Origin: Tieghemostelium lacteum
Lineage: Eukaryota
Assembly: GCA_001606155.1 (NCBI GenBank)
Contig: LODT01000042.1
Location: 143,758 to 207,757, forward strand
Direction of reading: 5' to 3'
DNA length: 64,000 bases
Positions 11,117 to 21,893 of this stretch are shown here, one piece after another (within the stretch, counting starts at the first letter, position 1; every line of letters begins with the position of its first letter). A program made the position numbers and the translations under genes. The notes beneath the pieces are model-generated. The model did no database searches and was not told the origin of the DNA. It saw nothing but the letters and a program-made list of their open reading frames with translations.

Positions 11117-11573
11117 GCTCTCTAGTAGATTTTAAAATTTTAAACATACATTCAATTTTGATACAAATGGTTTCAATGAATCATTGGTACCTTCAATAGA
11201 TTTTTCATAGGTTACACCATTATATTCTACAATCAACCTAACTTTTGTTTTTGTTAATTTTTGGTTATTTACCAATAAATAGGAGTCTAAATCGGACATG
11301 TTATGTGTGTTTTTAAATATAAATTATACAAGATGGTAATAATACATTCAGCTGATTGTGGGTGAGAGACTCATAAATAAAAAAATTAAAAAACGATGAA
11401 TAATTTTGGGACAATTATAAAAATTTCAAATAAAAATGAAATCAACCACCAATTTTTTTTTTCAAACTCATCGGGATACTTACAATTTTTAGATATTTAT
11501 TGTTATTGCTTTATGTTTAAAAAAGATATATTTATCTTTTTGTCCCACAGTGAACACTAATTTGTGTTGACAT

Positions 11574-14500
11574 CTAGATAATTTTACAGCATATCAGCAA
11601 TGTAGCATCAGATACTAATTTTTTTACAATGACTCCGCAAGGAGACTGTGGTGATGTTTGGTTGGTTATTATATCTGCCAATGCATTAGGGAATGATTTC
11701 AATTGTTTAGAATTTCTTTCTTCATCCCATTCACAATCCCATTCCAGTTCTTTTGAGATTTGATTAGCAATAGATTTGACATGTAATTGAATGACAGGAT
11801 CAATGTGAAGGAATTGGTAGAATAACTTATCTGATTTGAATACTAGGTGTTTAGTTGTATTTTCATCAGATACTAATACTATCATTTGACCTGTAAATTC
11901 AAGTGAATCGATTTGTCTATGCTGTGGATTACAAATGCATCTTCTGATTGTATATTGACATTCCATACATTTATATTGAAATTTCAAACGAACCAATTTC
12001 ACAACACTACAATTTATAAGGTAATAGAGTTGAGTTGATTCTATATTGATGGATTCCAATGAGCATTCTAATAAATAGTCCATTTGTAGGTTATGAACTA
12101 CCATTGCATCTGAAATTGTATCCAATAGAGAAAATGTAAATGTATCAGTCCCTATATACTCCATAGAACCTTGCTCTAATCTCATTAGATTTCCAAAATT
12201 TACAATTGATCCAATAGTTATATTAGTGTATAACCTATCCAGAGTGATAATGTACCGGTGTTTTCCCAAATCTTTTTGAAAGTCAGCACCATATAATTTT
12301 ACAGTCGTATTACCATCTCCATCAACCAAAGTAAATTTACTATAGATTAAAATAGAATCTAACCTAATTCTCATTGAATTTTGAATTGATTGTAATTCTC
12401 TATTGTAACTTTGAATAATTTCCTTAAATTTAGAATCGTTATTGATTACATGATAGGATATTCTGTAGGTGTTTATATAGTCTTTGGTAAGGTACTCGTT
12501 ACCCTTATCACAAAGTATAAACTGACTGTGATCACTGTTGACCAATACAACAGACTTTATCATTGACTGACTAGTGAATTTAAATACACCACCATCATCA
12601 CCATTTAAAAAAAGATGGGTGATAAAATAACAGTGACCTCTGTGTATTATTACAAATCTCTCTAACTGATCACAATGTATTGTTATAGAGTGTTCACCAT
12701 TTTTCAAAAGTACCAGTGCTTTTATAATTAACATTGGTTGGTTACTGTTGTCTACTAATGTTTGAATTGCAGTTTCTAATACAATTACAAATATATCATT
12801 AAACCTATTCACTTCTCCATTTAGTGGTTGGTAGAATAGGTTAGCCATATCCAATTGATATGGTTGTCTAATTGGAAAGAGTAATTGGCATTCTTTAGTT
12901 ACTGAGAACTCCAAATAAGACATTGCCCGTATAAATGTACTTTCTGGTAGCTGAGTATCTTCCAATACCACTCTATATCTCTGAATTACATATAAACAAT
13001 TCAGATGATACTCTTCCAAGTCTTTGACAATGCATCGTATAAAATTACCAGAACAATCAATCAATAGACAGTACCCATATCCATCTACATTAGTGTACTG
13101 CTGATCAAGTACAAGTTTACCAATTAGAATACTATTTCTTCTATTATAGAGTGTAACATGTTGATCTTCCAATACAGGAAATGTATATATCCCTTTCAAC
13201 AATTTACAAATATTCGGCAGACTTGGTTTATAATAAGTGTGAAAATATCTATCCAACTGAAATAGGTTTGATATATACTGTATATTTGATATAAAGTCAC
13301 TTGGAAGTACTTGAAAGTTCTTTACTAAATGTGTACAAAGGTTACACAGAAACAGGTTGGTAAATAGTGGGTATCTTCGAAAGAATGGTTTTGGTTTATA
13401 TGGTTTAAATAGTGTACTAATAGGTACACCAAATTCTATTATCTTGATTGACGATTTCCTACATAGTGACAATGCGGTGAGTTCCTTCCATTTATTGTAT
13501 ATAGGCTGAACATTATGTAGAACCACTTTATTTCCAGGTCTTAGGTTTCTTCCTTGAAATTGGTCACAATGGTACACTGATAGATACAAAACACCCAATT
13601 GATCGATATTAACAGTAGCTGTTTTGTTATTGAATTTTGATCTGATTGTACATTGGCAATCAATTAAACCTTCTGACTTTTTAAATTGTTCCACTTTATC
13701 CAATATATTATCGTTTACACCCACCATTTCATCATCCATTGGAAATATGAGAGAATATCTAGGAATATACCTATAAGATTCTATATAATCATTTCTCTTA
13801 AGTTTCTGTAAATCAGTGAATAGGTAACTATTACCTACTAAAACCAATTCAAAGTAGGATATATCACTGAATTTCAATACCACTATTCTCATATCGTTTA
13901 TATCCATCAATTCAATTTGAAATTGGTGTGATTCAGTTGAAGATTTACTGATTACCATACCAAGTATACCACCACTATTTCTATTCATTTTAAAAACATC
14001 CAATATATCTCTATGTAACTGTTGGTAGCTATACTGATTATTATTCAAATACTTTCTAGGTAAATGTAAAGCTTCTTCCAAATGATTATCTCTCTTGTCT
14101 CTGTAGAGTGTAAACATTAACTCAATCTCCAAAAACACTTGAAAATCAGGTTTCTCAACATTGGAAAACAACAAGTTGAACTGAGGTACAATTACAATGG
14201 CATTTAGGTTATAAACCGATGCATTATAATGCGCCAATTGAACTGCAATAGTTAATCTACTCTTTACATCCATCAATGCTAGTGAATTCTTTGTCTCATC
14301 ATACACCAGTTTACCCATCACCATATACCCTTGTGAATAGTCAATATGTCTATTATGATTAGCATCCTCTAGTAATGCCATTACATTTATAAATTTTCTA
14401 TCTGGAAAAACCAACTCACCACTGATATCCAGACCCACATACAAGAGTATTTCAAATACCCTCATTATTAGTTTTTGTTTAACATCTTTTCCTTCTCTGA

Positions 14501-14639
14501 TGAATCCTAAAAGATTATCAATGAGATAGGATATAACTGAATCTATAAACTCTTTTTCTTCGTAACTGCAACATGTCAATTCACTACTACAATAATTTTC
14601 AATGTAATTTTTAAGTTCTGCTATAAAATCACTTGACAT
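11574..14639 (-). CDS. Large (1021 aa) non-repetitive protein of unknown function with a C-terminal Cys cluster.
   Basis: The ORF is uninterrupted with non-low-complexity composition. The C-terminal motif KCMECQYTIRRCICNPQH is zinc-ribbon-like. I recognise no catalytic motifs. Confidence 0.5.
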   Translation of the reverse strand: MSSDFIAELKNYIENYCSSELTCCSYEEKEFIDSVISYLIDNLLGFIREGKDVKQKLIMRVFEILLYVGLDISGELVFPDRKFINVMALLEDANHNRHIDYSQGYMVMGKLVYDETKNSLALMDVKSRLTIAVQLAHYNASVYNLNAIVIVPQFNLLFSNVEKPDFQVFLEIELMFTLYRDKRDNHLEEALHLPRKYLNNNQYSYQQLHRDILDVFKMNRNSGGILGMVISKSSTESHQFQIELMDINDMRIVVLKFSDISYFELVLVGNSYLFTDLQKLKRNDYIESYRYIPRYSLIFPMDDEMVGVNDNILDKVEQFKKSEGLIDCQCTIRSKFNNKTATVNIDQLGVLYLSVYHCDQFQGRNLRPGNKVVLHNVQPIYNKWKELTALSLCRKSSIKIIEFGVPISTLFKPYKPKPFFRRYPLFTNLFLCNLCTHLVKNFQVLPSDFISNIQYISNLFQLDRYFHTYYKPSLPNICKLLKGIYTFPVLEDQHVTLYNRRNSILIGKLVLDQQYTNVDGYGYCLLIDCSGNFIRCIVKDLEEYHLNCLYVIQRYRVVLEDTQLPESTFIRAMSYLEFSVTKECQLLFPIRQPYQLDMANLFYQPLNGEVNRFNDIFVIVLETAIQTLVDNSNQPMLIIKALVLLKNGEHSITIHCDQLERFVIIHRGHCYFITHLFLNGDDGGVFKFTSQSMIKSVVLVNSDHSQFILCDKGNEYLTKDYINTYRISYHVINNDSKFKEIIQSYNRELQSIQNSMRIRLDSILIYSKFTLVDGDGNTTVKLYGADFQKDLGKHRYIITLDRLYTNITIGSIVNFGNLMRLEQGSMEYIGTDTFTFSLLDTISDAMVVHNLQMDYLLECSLESINIESTQLYYLINCSVVKLVRLKFQYKCMECQYTIRRCICNPQHRQIDSLEFTGQMIVLVSDENTTKHLVFKSDKLFYQFLHIDPVIQLHVKSIANQISKELEWDCEWDEERNSKQLKSFPNALADIITNQTSPQSPCGVIVKKLVSDATLLICCKII

Positions 14640-14719
14640 GAAACACTGACCTTTAAAAAAAAATCAATTTTCATTTTCACCCCACAGCCTTCACAACTAA
14701 ATTAAAAATATTTATAGAT

Positions 14720-16276
14720 ATGGTCTCATTTTTTATAGTACCAGAAACTTTAGTTGTAAATGTACCTACTTATATTTGTTACCAACAAACGAACAGTACT
14801 AAAACTGTTATTCCTGAATCTGCTATAAAATCTATTCAATGGTTTGTAAATGATAAAGAGGTGCAACACTACCCCTCTGTATCTGATGACCATAAAGAAC
14901 CTAAAAAAGAATCACTTTTTCAAAAGATATTTAAATTGGGAAAAGAGGAAAGTGGTAGTGAAATTAAAAAGAACTGGTTTGTACCTGATTCCTCTCATGT
15001 GGGTGGCACTTTAAAAGTCAGAGTTGTACTAAAAATAAAAGAACTACATGAGAAATCAGAACATGTTGTAGAGGTACTGAGTAATGGTACTTTTACAACA
15101 CATCCAACTAGACAGATGTACATTTACAATAGTGAAAGTGACGAGAATGATTTTGGATTCACAACTTATAATATAATGGCAGATTGTTATACTCACCCTG
15201 GAAGATACAAAACACCAGAATATGCTCTATTTAGACCTTATAGAAAGCATTTGATGGCAAAATATATAAATTTCTATAAAAGTGATATTGTATGTCTACA
15301 GGAATTTGAACCAGAGTTTACAGAGGTTATTAAAGAAATGGATGAAGAAGGTCTCACCTCAACTCCTACTATTATTCGTGATGGTTCTAGATACCAACCA
15401 CCAGACCAATGTATTTCATTCTACAGAAGATCTAGATTCCATCTCATTCAACAACATATCATTGACTACAACATTATCACTAGCAGTGGTCTAATAAGTA
15501 AAGAACAAATTGAAAAACTAAAATCCAATCCAGTTACCAATCATTTCCTAGAAGGTGTATTAAAAACCAATCACCACAATAGATTCAGTTTTCTTCATTT
15601 AACAGATTTGAAAACCTCTAAACCACTTATAGTTATCAATGTACATGTAAGTTTTATAACAACTTAATAACTACTATACAAAGCCAATTCACTAACCAAA
15701 TATGAATATATTAGTTATATTGGGGAGCACCAACAGAAGATTGGAATTATAAACTACAATTAATGCAATTCTATATAATTACACTTATTCTTGATGATTA
15801 CACTGCTAAACACAGTCCAAACACACCTATTCCAATTATACTCTGTGGTGATCTAAATAATGAACCACACCAAAAGGTTAACAAATTCATTACACAAGGT
15901 GTCTATAATGAAAATCATGAAAAGGATTTATATACATTTAAACATTCCTATAAATTCTCATCTGTCTATGCAAATCACCCAATGGGTGAAACCTCATTCA
16001 CTATTGCAACAAGTGAGTATTATAATCATTATCTATAGTCATCATAACCATAATAATATTAATATTAAATATCCTATAGAATCCTATCAAAAATGTATCG
16101 ATTATATTTATATAACTAAAAGTAATATAACTGTAAAATCATGGTTAGAAGTAGGTAATCATTATTCTGAAACATTACCTAGTGTTACTGAACCTTCTGA
16201 TCATATATTATTGAAAGCCAATCTAAATTTAAATTCAGAAAAACTCAATACCACTGAAAAAAAGATAGATTCCTAA
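14720..16276 (+). CDS. Endonuclease/exonuclease/phosphatase (EEP) family protein, CCR4/nocturnin/PDE12-like deadenylase. Exons are about 14720..15646, 15715..16012 and 16080..16276.
   Basis: EEP motifs run in order: FTTYNIMADCY ... DIVCLQEFEP ... IVINVH|LYWG (split by a 68-nt intron) ... ILCGDLNNEPH ... CIDYIYIT ... PSDH. The introns are GTAAGT..TAG and GTGAGT..TAG with consistent phases. Confidence 0.75.
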
Positions 16277-16554
16277 TACTGTATTATAAACACAAATAAA
16301 ACAAATTTCTCCTCACCTTGTTGTAAAATCTTAACAAAAATTATTTTTTTTAATTTATACTATTAATGACTTATTTGGTTACTCAGATATTTTTGATTTA
16401 AAAAGAACAAAAGTGAATTTCAAATAAATTAATTTTTCTTTTTTAAAAAATTTAAATTTTTTTATACCCCATTTGGTAACCCATACACGATGAAAATGAG
16501 ATTTTGTTACATTGAGATTTTATTTACATTCACATATGAGTAATTATAAACACA

Positions 16555-18640
16555 ATGAATAAGAAACAAGGTAATATTTGTAGATATCTTAAAATTTTGA
16601 AAATGGTCTAATATTTTGAAAACAGAACAATTAGATTGCTTTAGATTGTATGATAAGAGAACTACTACCAATACTGGTACACCGGTGGCAGATGATGTAA
16701 ATTCACTTAAGGGTGGTGACAGGGGTCCAAGTTTATTAGAGGATTTTATAATGAGAGAAAAGATTACTCATTTTGATCATGAAAGGATCCCAGAACGTAT
16801 TGTACATGCAAGAGGTTCTGGAGCCCATGGATACTTTGAATGCTACCAAAACTTCTCGGATTTGACAAAAGCAAATTTCCTTTCTGAACAAGGAAAGACT
16901 ACACCGGTATTTGTTAGATTTTCTACTGTTCAAGGTCCAAGAGGTTCAGCAGATACCGTTAGAGACGTCAGAGGTTTTGCTGTAAAGTTTTACACTGACG
17001 AAGGTAACTATGATTTTGTTGGTAACAATATGCCTGTATTCTTTATTCAAGATGCCATGCAGTTTCCAGATTTTGTGCATGCAGTAAAGATGGAGCCTGA
17101 TAGAGAGATTCCAACAGGTGCCTCTGCTCATGATACCTTTTGGGATTTTGTCAGTTTGAAAACGGAAGCTAGTCATATGGTCATGTGGCTAATGAGTGAT
17201 CGTGCTATTCCTATTAGCTTGCGTCATATGCAAGGGTTTGGTGTACACACTTTTCGTTTGATTAATGCTCAAGGTCAACAAAAGTTTTGTAAGTTCATAT
17301 GGAAGCCTTTGAGCGGCGCTTGCAGTTTGGTATGGGACGAATGCCAGAAACTTGCTGGAAAGGATGCAGACTATAACAGAGGTCGTCTTTGGGAGGATAT
17401 AGAGAATGGTGATTACCCTCAATGGGAGTTAGGCATACAACTCATAGATTCAACTGACACTCCATTTGATATCTTGGATGCTACTAAACTTATACCTGAA
17501 GAGAAATGTCAGTTTATACCTCTGGGTAGAATGACACTAAACAGAAACCCTGACAATTTCTTCTCAGAAACTGAACAAGTTGCATTTTGTCCATCTCATT
17601 TGGTCCCTGGAATTGATTTCACAGATGACCCTTTGTTACAAGGTCGTTTGTTTTCCTATTTGGACACACAAATTTCAAGACTTGGAGGTCCAAATTTCAA
17701 TGAGATTCCAATTAATAGACCTATCTGTCCATTTATGAATAACCAAAGAGATGGTATTCACAGACAGACTATAAACCCCAATAAAGCTTCATACTTCCCC
17801 AACAGTATCAATCCTGATGGTGTACCTGTTGAATCACCTCATGGTTTTACAACTTTTCCAGAACACATGAAATGGAGTAAGACCAGACACCGTTCAGAAT
17901 CCTTCAATGACCATTTCTCACAATCTGCCATGTTTTGGAATAGTATGAGTCCCATTGAAAAGGAACATATTGTTAAAGCATTCACTTTTGAATTGTCAAA
18001 AGTTAAAAGAAGACATATTCAAGAAAGAGTTGTAAATCAGCTATTGGTTAACGTTGATCTTGATTTGGCTCATAGAGTCTCAAAGAATTTGGGCATTGAG
18101 ATTACAAATCGTAATCCAGTCCATAAAATTGAGCTAGCTAAATCACCAGCACTTTCTCAACTTAACTTGTTATCTGGTGATATTAAATCTAGAAAAGTTG
18201 CCATCTTGTTGAGTGATGGTGTGTCCAAACAAGAAGTTGACTATTTTTCTCAAGAACTTTGCAAACTGGGTGCATGCTGTAAACTAATTGCACCTACATT
18301 ATCACCTGTTAAAACATCATCAAATGAGACTATTACTCCAGACACAACAATGATAGGGTCTCCATCTATTCTCTTTGATGCAGTAGTTGTACCTAGACAG
18401 GGTGACAATATCCAAAGCAATGGTGTATTTAAACACTATATTTTGGAAGCCTACAACCATTTAAAACCAATACTTTTATCAGACTGTTTTAGAGTATTTT
18501 TAGAGAAATTAGAATTGTCACCTGACCATGGTTTGATAATCTATAAAAATGCCACACATGATTTCAAATCATTTACAACTGCAATGGCTTCTCATAGAAT
18601 CTATTCTAGAGAATCCAAAACATTATACATTCCAGCATAA
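16555..18640 (+). CDS. Catalase, large-subunit type (CatB-like). A tiny first exon at 16555..16570 is followed by a 55-nt intron and exon 2 at 16626..18640.
   Basis: The catalase core is conserved (RGPSLLEDF...FDHERIPERIVHARGSGAHGYFE, heme-pocket motifs) and there is a long C-terminal domain. The track ORF starts at a TTG with no in-frame ATG. An upstream ATGAATAAGAAACAAG|GTAATA donor together with an AAAACAG acceptor gives MNKKQEQLDCF... in phase. Confidence 0.85.
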
Positions 18641-18683
18641 TGATTATGTTTTTATTGTTGTTTCAGTATAAATAAATTTTAAA

Positions 18684-20320
18684 TTAGTTATCTTCAAGCT
18701 TTTTGAAAACTATTCTATTTTCACTCCACTTGGCATTTACAATATCATATTTGTATAGTACAGATGGGAATTTTGGATAAAAGAAGTGAACAGCATTGTT
18801 ACCATCAAAGTAGATTTTAAAGAGACGAATGGTATCTGCATCTGGAATGACAATTGGTGGTGCTGATAGTGTGATGGTTTGGTTTCTCTTTACAGAGTAT
18901 TTTAGGAATTTAAATGGTCTGGTGAGTGTCAACATGTAGAATATATCATTAATGTGATCATAACAACCATTGAGAATAGTTTCTGTAAATGACTGAATAT
19001 GATGGATAGTGTTATCACTTAAACATAATCTATCGATTCTGTTAAGGTAACCTTCAGCTTCATTATAACCACCAATGATATAGATATTCTCATTTTTCTT
19101 ATCAATACCTAAGTTATGGTACTTTGATGGATGTAACATTTCAATTTTCAGGAGATCCATTTGGTGTTTTTCAAAATTGTATTTGTAGATTGATTTTGTC
19201 TCTTTTTGAGAAATAGTATTTACACCACCAAATAGATAAATATGTTTACTATTGTCAAAGATGATAGAGAATAGTGCATAGGATGAATCAATATCACAAT
19301 CTGTGGCAATCCATTGAGCATTATCATAGTTTGACACATCAATAGTATATGATTTACCTTTGTCAAAGTAATAAATCACATTACCACAAACAGTCTGATA
19401 CAAACGATTCTCAATGATATCAGGTAGTGTTACACTTGGTGTACAATTCTTTTTAATGATAATCATAAAATCACTACTAACTGAATCTACTCTTTCAATT
19501 TCCTGATCTTGGAAACACTGTGAATTTTAATTAAAATAAAGTTAGGAGGAGAATATAGATCACTATTCATGCCTATACCTATTACATACCTTGTAAACAA
19601 ACTGATTCAAAATTGGCCAATCTTTGTTAGGTGCTTTGATCAATTCCATAGTCTCTATATCCTTATTTAGAATGGGTATATATTTTATATATTCTACTTC
19701 TTCATCGATAGTCTTTGACAATTGAATAAAGCGTCCAATGAAATCTAATTTGTCATGAACTATTTTATCACTACTTTTCAAATCATTAGATCTTGATGTA
19801 GGGTCAATATACTGTTTATATTGATCAAAGAATGAATTGTAGAAATTCAACTGATCTTCAATCTTTGTCATTGATTTAAAGTACTCTTCTACATTGTCAT
19901 CAAAGTGTGACTTTAACTCTCTCTTTAACTCTACTTCTTTATAGTGTAACTTGTCATGTAGATCTCTAAAAAACTTAGAAATGTTATCTACCTGGCTGTC
20001 ATAGTGTCCTTGAATCTCGTTTTGAAAGAAAGTTTCATTCTCTAGTTTTTTCTCACTAATTGTTTGGAGAAGATTATTATTATTTTTCATCTCTCTACTT
20101 TTCTTTAAAGTATTCTCAAATACATCATCAATATCTTCTATATTATGTGTCTGGTGACCACCTGCTGATAAACACTTTGCACATATACTACAATTACATG
20201 CTACAGTTAATTAATATGTAAGTATATTATACCTTTAGATAACCTATTTGATATTAAAACTAATAATACTCTGACAATATAAGCTTACTGTTTTTAAATG
20301 TTTATTTCCTTCACAAATTT
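18684..20320 (-). CDS. B-box zinc finger, coiled-coil, Kelch-repeat protein (paralog B). Exons are about 18684..19516 and 19589..20218, plus a short 5' exon near 20281..20320 whose intron is unresolved.
   Basis: It is paralogous to the 6433..7902 gene. KFFRDLHDKLHYKEVELKRELKSHFDDNVEEY matches KHFRELHDQLHFKELELKRELKSYHDENVELY, and QDQEIERVDS matches PTKEIERVDI. Kelch GG motifs are present (HIYLFGGVN, NIYIIGGYN). A 72-nt GTATGT..CAG intron lies at 19517..19588. A B-box-like CNCSICAKCLSAGGHQTH sits at 20100-20215, and an upstream MEICEGNKHLKT exon is likely. Confidence 0.6.
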
Positions 20321-20393
20321 CCATTTCTTTATCACTTTTTATTATTTATACAATCCCAATCACAAAAAAATTGAGAAAATGTTTGTAAAATCT

Positions 20394-21821
20394 TTATTTT
20401 TTTCTAGCAAACAATGAAAAGTTTTTATCTAATTGATAATGATCATATTTCATAAATATTTGTTCTGATAAAGATGATAAGCTTTGTTTATAAAAGAGAG
20501 TTTTTGACTCCATTTTAACTTTTACCTCAACAATTGAATTATCTGTAATACCTAATAATAAATTTTCTAGATCCTGATCATCATAATTAGATATATTCAG
20601 AATCTTTAAAGATGGATGGTTTTGTAATACACTAATAAGTTCCTGACCTAACATTACTGAAAGAGTATGAATTGTTTTGTTACTCTTTAGAAACTCTGCT
20701 ATATTATTTACCTGAAAACTTTTTGAAAAGTCTAGTTCTTTAATTACTGATAAAGGGTTAATTTGAACTTGAAGACCTTGTAATTTTAAATAATCTAAGT
20801 TACTAAAGTGTAGTGGTTCATGTGATGCATCAATAATGTTGAGTTCAAGTCTTCTAATTGGAGTATGTTCATTAATTACATTAAAGATTGGAGTGTAGTT
20901 ATTTACACCACCAGTAAATAGGTAGAGACTATGAAGCTTTTTGGCATGGTTTTCGAGGTAGTATATCCATTTGTCAGTGTGCTCCATGGTTACTCTACTG
21001 GGTATAATAGAGAGATGCTCCAAGTTTTCAAATGTACAAATGGCATCTAATAGTTTACCATAAGATTCATAGGGCTCTATCTGTTGATATGAAAAAACCA
21101 ATTGAATAGTCAGAGACGTTATATTAAGTTGGAGGATAGTGTCTTCCAAAAGATGCTCTACCAATGGGTTAATCAATGGATCATATATAGTTTTGATTTC
21201 AAGAGTCTTTAAACTTGATGATTGGCTACCTAAGAGTGGATAGTATTTATTATACCATTCATTAGTTCCAAATGCTGCTAAACCACCACTGAAATTGAAA
21301 TCTAGGGATACATGTTTCAAAGAGTCTTTGGGTAACTGAAAAGCCTCAATTTCAAAAGAAGTACCATAATCCTGTAGAATACTAAATGATTCCATATTCT
21401 TTAGTTTGGGTATAAAAGGTACCTTATAAGTAACCACTGAGCTTCCAGGTGAACCAAATGTGTCATCCAAAGATGGGTTCAAAGCAGTCAACTTCAAAGC
21501 TTTTACACTGGATATCAAATCACCATTCAAACTGATACAAACACTATTTTGACATATATCAGTTGATATATCTATACATTCTATTCTGTTTGACAATAAA
21601 CAAAATGGTGAAACTAAATGAATGCTATATTCAATGTAATCTTCAATACTCCATATACGGTACTGCAACTGTTTTTCTTTCAACAGAGCTCCAATAAACT
21701 GAAAATACAACTTTGATAATGTTGCTAAAGACAACTTAAATCCCATATTCGCTCTATAATTATTAAATGCTAATCCTATAATATATTTTTCTACAATAGG
21801 TGGAAATACCATTCTGATCAA
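20394..21821 (-). CDS. Hypothetical protein of 475 aa, possibly F-box/LRR-like.
   Basis: It is an uninterrupted ORF with Leu-rich periodic segments. I cannot identify a motif confidently. Its stop lies about 60 bp from the start of the neighbouring B-box gene. Confidence 0.4.
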   Translation of the reverse strand: MIRMVFPPIVEKYIIGLAFNNYRANMGFKLSLATLSKLYFQFIGALLKEKQLQYRIWSIEDYIEYSIHLVSPFCLLSNRIECIDISTDICQNSVCISLNGDLISSVKALKLTALNPSLDDTFGSPGSSVVTYKVPFIPKLKNMESFSILQDYGTSFEIEAFQLPKDSLKHVSLDFNFSGGLAAFGTNEWYNKYYPLLGSQSSSLKTLEIKTIYDPLINPLVEHLLEDTILQLNITSLTIQLVFSYQQIEPYESYGKLLDAICTFENLEHLSIIPSRVTMEHTDKWIYYLENHAKKLHSLYLFTGGVNNYTPIFNVINEHTPIRRLELNIIDASHEPLHFSNLDYLKLQGLQVQINPLSVIKELDFSKSFQVNNIAEFLKSNKTIHTLSVMLGQELISVLQNHPSLKILNISNYDDQDLENLLLGITDNSIVEVKVKMESKTLFYKQSLSSLSEQIFMKYDHYQLDKNFSLFARKK

Positions 21822-21893
21822 TGCTTATCAAATGTTTTGTTTTTGAAAAATGAAATTCAAAAAAGTGTAACAATATTAATAATTAATATTTAT

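Noticed and set aside
15282-15494. Small internal or overlapping track ORFs such as 15282..15494 and 15763..16038, given by the track as separate proteins
   Set aside because: They are frame-shifted shadows or exon pieces of the spliced EEP-nuclease gene and are not independent genes.
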